DNA from: Deltaproteobacteria bacterium
GTDB lineage: Bacteria; Desulfobacterota; Dissulfuribacteria; Dissulfuribacterales; QOAL01
Reading direction: 5' to 3'
Assembly (NCBI GenBank): GCA_026986785.1
Contig: JALSNW010000025.1
Coordinates: 27,014-91,013, forward strand
DNA length: 64,000 nucleotides
The notes under the pieces are model-generated. The model ran no database searches and was not told the DNA's origin. It saw only the letters and a program-made list of their open reading frames with translations. Shown piece after piece: positions 58,150 through 64,000 of this stretch. A program made the translations under genes and the position numbers. Each line of letters starts with the position of its first letter. Position 1 is the first letter of the stretch.

Positions 58150-59523
58150 TCAAGGTCTTCTCTGCCTGTGGCCTTCTTTTCTACTTTTTTGTATCCCCCT
58201 GCTGGCCAGTCTGATTTCCACCGTGTATCTCTCCTGCTGTTGCCGGTTTTTGGTGACTGGAGAGACAAGTTTTACCTCTGAAAAGAGAGGACTTTTTCTC
58301 CATTCTTCCATGGTCTCCACTGCGGAGCCTCCTTCTGCAGAGACTCTTACAACGCTGCCCCTGATAGTGCAACTTCTTATCCAAGAATTTAGAGGTGTCC
58401 GAATAGCGAGTTCTTTGAGGATCACAAGGACAGGGGGACGTTCGTGGAGAAAATCGTTCATATCCTGTTCTAATTTTTTTATCTTTTCTATCTTGTCGTT
58501 GATCTTTTTGAGGGGCAGGTATTGTTTTTCGAGCCTGGCCACCACCTCTTGGTTTTTGGAGGTAGTAGAGGTTATTCTCTCTAATCTCAATACGTTGAAT
58601 CCAGTCAAAAGAGAAATCACAATGGCCACAATTGCAGTGGACCACTGAAAGGTATTTATCCGCAAGAACAGGGGCCTTTTTCTTGGGCCTTCCTGGAAAG
58701 AGATCTGGGGATACGAGGAGGTACCTATGAAACAGGCAGCTTGTCCTTTGCTTATGCCGCCTTCAGAGCAAAATTCATCGATCCCCTTGAGAACAGAACA
58801 TGGATCAAGGGGTTCTATGCCAGCCGGTTTTCTTTCCATCGTGCCTATCTGGAAGATCTTTTCGGCCTCGCCGAGACCAGCCGGCAGTAGCTTGAGTGCC
58901 TTTTGGAGATCAAGGCTGCCACCTTCTTCCCGTAAGATGTGGGATCCCTGCCATTCTTTCTTGCCATGAAGATTCAGGACGAGCTCTCTTTCCTCCTGTT
59001 GGATGCTCAAGGTGGGAAAGCTCACCTGATTTGAACTTCGCAGGAACAGATCTGAGCCAAGGCCTGATGGGCTTATACAGTAAAGTGACTTGTGGTGTCC
59101 AGTCCGTTTGATGATATCGAGGATTGGATCGATATAGGTGCGTCTGGCATAGGCGAGAAGGATGGATGTGGCACCATTTCTCTCCAAGGGGCATACATCG
59201 AAATATATCTCTTCACTCGGGAGATGAGAATGCATGTTTACAGCGATCCTTGCACTGTTTTCTGCCTCCTGGGCAGTCAGGCCAGGGAAGCTTAGCTCAC
59301 GCAAGAAGTAGCGGCTCCTGGGGATGGAGATACAAAGTCGTCTGGTCTTTTTAGGCTTGAGATTGGCCAGTAACCCCTCCAACTTGTCCAGGCCTGTCCT
59401 TCCAGAAATATGGCCGAAGATGGGAAGTGTAGCCCTTGTCCAGCCCCTCAATTCCCTCATGAGGCCTGAGTATTCAAGGCCGTTTTCTCCAATATGGATG
59501 CCGATGATCTCTTTACAGTACAC
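58150..59523 (-). CDS. GspL-like T2SS protein (PilM-like cytoplasmic domain + TM + PilN-like periplasmic domain)
   Basis: 457 aa. The architecture was inferred from the hydrophobicity pattern and the gene's position. Confidence 0.55.
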   Translation of the reverse strand: MYCKEIIGIHIGENGLEYSGLMRELRGWTRATLPIFGHISGRTGLDKLEGLLANLKPKKTRRLCISIPRSRYFLRELSFPGLTAQEAENSARIAVNMHSHLPSEEIYFDVCPLERNGATSILLAYARRTYIDPILDIIKRTGHHKSLYCISPSGLGSDLFLRSSNQVSFPTLSIQQEERELVLNLHGKKEWQGSHILREEGGSLDLQKALKLLPAGLGEAEKIFQIGTMERKPAGIEPLDPCSVLKGIDEFCSEGGISKGQAACFIGTSSYPQISFQEGPRKRPLFLRINTFQWSTAIVAIVISLLTGFNVLRLERITSTTSKNQEVVARLEKQYLPLKKINDKIEKIKKLEQDMNDFLHERPPVLVILKELAIRTPLNSWIRSCTIRGSVVRVSAEGGSAVETMEEWRKSPLFSEVKLVSPVTKNRQQQERYTVEIRLASRGIQKSRKEGHRQRRP

Positions 59524-59537
59524 TAAGGAGGCCCTTT

Positions 59538-60449
59538 CTAATCAAATCTCGATATCTGCTGCCAATGAAGCAGCTTGAAAAAATGGTTCTGTTGTTTCTC
59601 TATTTCCCAGAATATCTGGTAACAGCCTTGGTACAGGCAGGTCCTGAGCCGCATTATGCCCTTGCCACCTGCATCCGAAAGGTCCTTTTCATCCAGGATC
59701 TCCAGTAGTGGAGCCGGGGCTGCTGCCTTGAGCACAATGCCTTTTTGATTGTATACAGTAAAAAGGTCTTGAATTCCACCTTTCCAGATAGGACCTTCTT
59801 TTTTACTGCCTGGGCCTTCCCAATCAAGGGGGCCCCAGAAGATCCTTGGGTCCATGCCCTTGACGAGGAGCAATTGCTCGAGCAGCAAAAATTTCGAATT
59901 GGATGGCTTGTAGGCCGGGCTGAGGCTTTGATAGTAGTCCTTTTCAGCACCTCCTGGGCGTCTATCATCGTCGTTGTCTCTCCAGTCCATTATTGCATCT
60001 GTAAGATGGGTAGCCGTATCCTTGCCCTGGTCCTGGAGAACTACATCCAGGATCTTTTCCAGGACCTCTTGTGATACCTTGTTGATATCCACCTTGCCCC
60101 TTTCGTCCTCAAGGCGGAATTCCACCTGCCTGCCATCTATATCGACCTTGTATCTCGATCCATCTGCCACCAGGAATTGGTCCTTGTCTTCGTTCTCCTT
60201 TTGGTCCACAGGTGCCACATAGAGGGAGGCCAAGTTGAGTATTGACTCGACCTCGATACGTGACCTCAGAAGGTTCCAGGCACTATAGCCCATGTTCCCC
60301 CTAAGTCTTGCTTCCATGGAGAAATAGCCTGCTATCATTGTGAGAAGGGCTATTACCCAGAGGACCATGATCAGGATACTGCCTCGTTGTCCCCGTATGT
60401 AAGCAAGATCTAGTCCTGTCATTTTATCCCAACTGGTATGACCTGCCAC
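59538..60449 (-). CDS. gspK: T2SS minor pseudopilin GspK
   Basis: RGSILIMVLWVIALLTMIAG N-terminal motif. Size is typical (~300 aa). Confidence 0.7.
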   Translation of the reverse strand: MAGHTSWDKMTGLDLAYIRGQRGSILIMVLWVIALLTMIAGYFSMEARLRGNMGYSAWNLLRSRIEVESILNLASLYVAPVDQKENEDKDQFLVADGSRYKVDIDGRQVEFRLEDERGKVDINKVSQEVLEKILDVVLQDQGKDTATHLTDAIMDWRDNDDDRRPGGAEKDYYQSLSPAYKPSNSKFLLLEQLLLVKGMDPRIFWGPLDWEGPGSKKEGPIWKGGIQDLFTVYNQKGIVLKAAAPAPLLEILDEKDLSDAGGKGIMRLRTCLYQGCYQIFWEIEKQQNHFFKLLHWQQISRFD

Positions 60450-61069
60450 TGGGCATCTTCATCCTTTTGTGCTTTGAACCGTATCTGGAAGGCTATCTCC
60501 AGGGGTTGGTGACTCCCCCTTTTGAAGGAATCATCCCAGTCCTTTGGTTCGCTGTTCGGATCTGCATTAGATGGTCTATATACGATGGAAAATGCCTGGA
60601 CATCTTTCATCTCATCTGTCAGCCAGCCCTGTTCCAATAGCTCCTTCTTATCGAGATCGGCAAGGAAGTCTGGGATCTTTCTGGTGATATCGGTTCTCGA
60701 CGTGATTATTTTCTGGCCATAGATCAAGCGATTGTTGTCCTTGTCGAACAGATATACCACCTGGAAGATGCCTCCTACTGATGTCCCTTGGGGTACATAG
60801 GTCGTAATGAAGCTCAGGGCATCTGTTCTGCCCCTCAATCTACTGTAGGAGGACAGTTTTGGATCGGATGGGCTTACCACGGCCTCCAACTGTCTCCATA
60901 AAAGCCCATAGAGGGATGTCTGGGGTAGATAGAAGCGGTTGTATTCCTTTGAACGGGTATATGCGTTTATGCCCGATCTCAATGCCATGGAGAGGATCAC
61001 CACCACTATGGCAACCAAGGTCATGGATATCAGTAGCTCGAGGAGTGTAAATCCCTTCTGGTCCACCAT
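60419..61069 (-). CDS. T2SS minor pseudopilin, GspJ-like
   Basis: Prepilin motif KG|FTLLELLISMTLVAIV. 216 aa. Confidence 0.6.
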   Translation of the reverse strand: MVDQKGFTLLELLISMTLVAIVVVILSMALRSGINAYTRSKEYNRFYLPQTSLYGLLWRQLEAVVSPSDPKLSSYSRLRGRTDALSFITTYVPQGTSVGGIFQVVYLFDKDNNRLIYGQKIITSRTDITRKIPDFLADLDKKELLEQGWLTDEMKDVQAFSIVYRPSNADPNSEPKDWDDSFKRGSHQPLEIAFQIRFKAQKDEDAQWQVIPVGIK

Positions 61070-61070
61070 A

Positions 61071-61475
61071 TCAGTACTCCACCATGGCCTTGGGGATCCA
61101 CATGTTCACTACGAATTTTCTTCCCTTCCCTGGTGGTGTGAGGGTCAGGCTGATCACTACGAGGTCTTCTGGGGATACCTCCCTGACCTCCCCCGCAGGG
61201 AGGGTAACTTTCGTGGTAAGGGGGCTTGTTTCCACAGCATATGACCAGCCATCAAAGCCATCCATCTCCCCTGTCTCAGAAGAGGGGAACTTGCCCTTCG
61301 ACTGCCAGTTGTCAATAAGCCTTGTGGCAAAGGCAGCAGCAGTGCGGGATAGATCCCCTCTATAGGCTTGCCTGTGGCCTTGGGCAAGAAGACCCATGAC
61401 AACCCCAAGGGCAATCCCGGTTATGGCAGTTGCCACCAGCACCTCCATCAGGGTGAAACCGTGCTTGTCTCTCAT
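61071..61475 (-). CDS. T2SS minor pseudopilin, GspI-like
   Basis: MRDKHG|FTLMEVLVATAI. Start chosen at M42 of the track ORF. Confidence 0.6.
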   Translation of the reverse strand: MRDKHGFTLMEVLVATAITGIALGVVMGLLAQGHRQAYRGDLSRTAAAFATRLIDNWQSKGKFPSSETGEMDGFDGWSYAVETSPLTTKVTLPAGEVREVSPEDLVVISLTLTPPGKGRKFVVNMWIPKAMVEY

Positions 61476-61581
61476 GGGTGAAGGTGTCTTGGGGGATGCC
61501 TGCTTCAGTGTCGGGGATCCATCCCAGGTTATACACTTCAAACGCCTGAAAAAGACAATTCCTTGTTCATGGCGTCCATCA

Positions 61582-62091
61582 CTAACCAGAATGTTCATGG
61601 GCGATACTACTCCAGATCCTTGCTATCTTTATGGTATCGGTTTGGCCGTCTGACCATTTTATCTCCAGCTCGCCGCCACTCGAGCTTCCATCAGGATAGA
61701 AGACTATAGCGAATACACCCTCTTCCAATTCCTCGATATCTGAGCCCTCGACCTGTATGTCAGAGGGGATCTCTTTAAGTCCCAAGGCCTTGAGTCCATA
61801 TCTCCTATTGTCTCCGTCAATGATGAATCTTACTGCACGGCCCTGGCTAATTGCCCTGGTCCTGGCAGTTCTGAGGCCGGCGAGAAACTGGTTGACGAAT
61901 TTGGTCTCTTTGGATTTGAAAAGTCCACTGGACACGGAGACAAAGACCATCGAGCTGAAAAGGCCTATGAGTACCAGTACCACCATGAGCTCCAAGAGGG
62001 TGAAGCCTCCTTTCTCATGGCTGGACTGGATCAGGCCACCTCTATGGAGGTCAAAATGGAGTGGCCTAAAAAGAGACATCATTAATGCCAA
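61582..62091 (-). CDS. T2SS minor pseudopilin, GspH/FimT-like, unusually long leader
   Basis: ...HEKGG|FTLLELMVVLVLIGL, followed by the GspH-type segment LRTARTRAISQGRAVRF. Confidence 0.6.
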   Translation of the reverse strand: MALMMSLFRPLHFDLHRGGLIQSSHEKGGFTLLELMVVLVLIGLFSSMVFVSVSSGLFKSKETKFVNQFLAGLRTARTRAISQGRAVRFIIDGDNRRYGLKALGLKEIPSDIQVEGSDIEELEEGVFAIVFYPDGSSSGGELEIKWSDGQTDTIKIARIWSSIAHEHSG

Positions 62092-63271
62092 ATATGGCCA
62101 GGAGCATGGACATGATTATCCCACCTATTACAATACCCATTATGACAATAGTTATGGGTTCCAGCATGTTCAGAAATATCTTCGTATCAGATTGGACCTG
62201 GTCATCGAAATCGTCTGCAATCTTCAAAAGCATCCTGGCAAGGCCTCCTGTTTCCTCTCCCACCGAGACGAGATGAATCATGAGAGATGGGAATACAGGT
62301 GACTTTTTCATGAGAAGGCTGAGGCTCTTGCCTTGTCTGACACCTGTGTAAAGCTCCTGAACCGCCTTTTTTATGATGGTATTGCCAACCACGTCGGCTG
62401 CCAGGCTTATGCCCTTCAAGATTGGTACACCGCTTTCGAGAAGGGTGCCAAGGGTCCTGGCAAACCTGCCAAGTTCCACCTGCCTTATGAATTTGCCAAC
62501 AATGGGAAGCCTCAGCTTGAAATCGTCCCACCATATCTTTCCTTCAGGTTTTCTCACCTGAAATCTGAAAAGTAGAATAGATGAAAAGATTACCAGGAAG
62601 ATCAACCACCACCATTCCTGCAAAAACACGCTTACATTTAGGATCAGTTTTGTCATGAATGGCATGGGTTGATTGAGATCTTGAAAGATCTGGCCGAACT
62701 TGGGAACCACGAAGGTAACCAGTATGAATACGGATACAATGCCTACGAATGCCAGGATGCACGGATATATGGAAGAAGAGATGATGAACTTTTTTATCTG
62801 TCTCGATCTCTCGATGAACTCTGCAAGCCTTTTCAGCACGCCTGGCAATGCCCCGCCAAGCTCCCCCACCTTGATCATATTTACATAGAGCCTGTCAAAT
62901 ACATCGGGGTACTTGGCCAGGGCCTCGGAAAGGGACTTGCCTCCGTGTATGGAGTCACGTATGGCCATTACCAGTTTTCTCACATCCACGTTTTCCGTGG
63001 CATCTGCCAAGATGGTAAGGGAACGCTCGAGGGGAACGCCAGCCTCTAATAGGTCGGCAAGTTCACTGGTGAAATAGAGGACATCGTCTTGATTGATCCG
63101 CTTCCTCTTGAATTCCAGAAATGCCTCGAAGGAGTGGAGTTTCTTGACATTGATGGGCTGGAGCCCCTTGGAGATCAAGGAGTCTATCACCTCATCCTGG
63201 CTCGAGGCATTGCTGGTGCCTGTTATCCTTTGGCCTTGATGGTCGATGGCCTCATAGGTGAATTCAGCCAT
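62066..63271 (-). CDS. gspF: T2SS inner-membrane platform protein GspF
   Basis: 401 aa with duplicated GspF domains (LADLLEAGVPLERSL / LGTLLESGVPILKGI). Confidence 0.9.
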   Translation of the reverse strand: MAEFTYEAIDHQGQRITGTSNASSQDEVIDSLISKGLQPINVKKLHSFEAFLEFKRKRINQDDVLYFTSELADLLEAGVPLERSLTILADATENVDVRKLVMAIRDSIHGGKSLSEALAKYPDVFDRLYVNMIKVGELGGALPGVLKRLAEFIERSRQIKKFIISSSIYPCILAFVGIVSVFILVTFVVPKFGQIFQDLNQPMPFMTKLILNVSVFLQEWWWLIFLVIFSSILLFRFQVRKPEGKIWWDDFKLRLPIVGKFIRQVELGRFARTLGTLLESGVPILKGISLAADVVGNTIIKKAVQELYTGVRQGKSLSLLMKKSPVFPSLMIHLVSVGEETGGLARMLLKIADDFDDQVQSDTKIFLNMLEPITIVIMGIVIGGIIMSMLLAIFGINDVSF

Positions 63272-64000
63272 TTAGTTGGTGACCCTCATAACCTCTTCTA
63301 TAGTAGTTATGCCTTGGAGGACCTTTGAAAGCCCATCTTGTCTGAGGGTGCGCATACCGAGCTCCTGGGCCCTGGAAGAGATTGCACTCGAGTTTTCGCC
63401 ATTCAAGATCAAGGATGAGATCCCTTCACTGATCTCTATGAGCTCATAGATGCCTGTCCGTCCAGAATATCCCGTGTTGGCGCACAATGGACAGCCAGCA
63501 CCCCTCCATGTAGTTCGGGGGACGTGTTCTTCAGGGACCCCGAGTACCGAGGCTGCCTCTGTTACAAATTCGGCAGGCAGGTCATATTCTTCCTTGCAAT
63601 GCGGACATATCTTCCTGACGAGTCTCTGGGCCATGATGGCGAGAAGACAAGAAGAAATGAGGTAGGATTCCACCCCCATCTCCTGGAGCCTCGTTATGGC
63701 GCTTGCTGCGTCATTGGTGTGGAGGGTGGAGAAGACGAGGTGGCCTGTCAGGGCCGATTGGACGGCTATCTCTGCGGTTTCCCTGTCACGGATCTCTCCG
63801 ATGAGAATGACGTCAGGGTCTTGCCGGAGGATTGTCCTGAGGGCAGAGGCAAAGGTGAGACCGATGCCAGACTTGACCTGAAGTTGATTTATGCCCTCCA
63901 ATTGATATTCAACCGGGTCTTCTACAGTGACGATCTTCTTGTCTGGAGAGTTTATCCTGTTCATGACACTGTAAAGCGTAGTGGTCTTGCCGCTTCCCGT
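63272..64000 (-). CDS. gspE: T2SS ATPase GspE, C-terminal part (gene continues past the window edge)
   Basis: The Walker A motif TGSGKTTT lies at the window edge. Also present: Asp box, Walker B ILIGEIRD, His box [12 protein letters not shown], and the CPHC...CPLC tetracysteine. Confidence 0.9.
   Translation of the reverse strand, partial: TGSGKTTTLYSVMNRINSPDKKIVTVEDPVEYQLEGINQLQVKSGIGLTFASALRTILRQDPDVILIGEIRDRETAEIAVQSALTGHLVFSTLHTNDAASAITRLQEMGVESYLISSCLLAIMAQRLVRKICPHCKEEYDLPAEFVTEAASVLGVPEEHVPRTTWRGAGCPLCANTGYSGRTGIYELIEISEGISSLILNGENSSAISSRAQELGMRTLRQDGLSKVLQGITTIEEVMRVTN

Noticed and set aside
1-64000. Scan for CRISPR arrays, tRNA/rRNA genes, IS elements, integrases and long tandem repeats
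   Set aside because: None was recognised. The non-coding gaps are at most 514 bp, and no T-loop-like GGTTCGAATCC contexts or repeat-spacer periodicity were seen. A tRNAscan, Infernal or CRISPR-finder run would be needed to be definitive.

Overview
This is a densely coding 64-kb chromosomal window from a flagellated Gram-negative bacterium. The gene content (fused SecDF, CsrA/FliW, class I Fe-S fumarase, sigma-54-type flagellar promoters, a probable small selenoprotein) suggests an anaerobic Desulfobacterota- or Nitrospirota-like lineage, but the taxon cannot be fixed from this window. Layout: (1) 1.0-14.3 kb, minus strand: a tight seven-gene operon. It encodes a REC-GGDEF(degenerate)-EAL response regulator, a 1241-aa hybrid sensor kinase, and a five-gene synthase-dependent exopolysaccharide machine. 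The processive GT2 synthase of that machine carries an N-terminal MshEN-type c-di-GMP receptor domain instead of PilZ. (2) 14.8-16.1 kb: a DEAD-box helicase whose Shine-Dalgarno is buried in a hairpin. (3) 16.1-29.3 kb: flagellar block (SprA-like, FliK-like, FlhB-CTD-like, flgF-G-A-H, flgI, rod-binding protein, FlgN-like, giant flgK, flgL, csrA, fliW). (4) 29.5-54.7 kb: housekeeping genes (nrdR, secDF, murA, moaA, GcvH-like, fabD, hflX, parAB, fumarase, trkAH, amidase, pta, pckA, rpsT, mscS, hemA, ccsA-like, sirC-like). (5) 54.8-64.0 kb, minus strand: a T2SS cluster gspE(partial)-F-H-I-J-K-L-M-D-C-like, with no major pseudopilin gene between F and H. I recognised no rRNA, tRNA, CRISPR array, transposase or integrase. 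Three items merit follow-up most: the c-di-GMP-wired EPS operon; an untracked 67-codon zinc-ribbon ORF with an in-frame TGA (CxxU) and a SECIS-like hairpin at 36562-36765; and a GcvH-like protein lacking the lipoyl-lysine. All family assignments rest on motif recognition by eye, and no database search was run.
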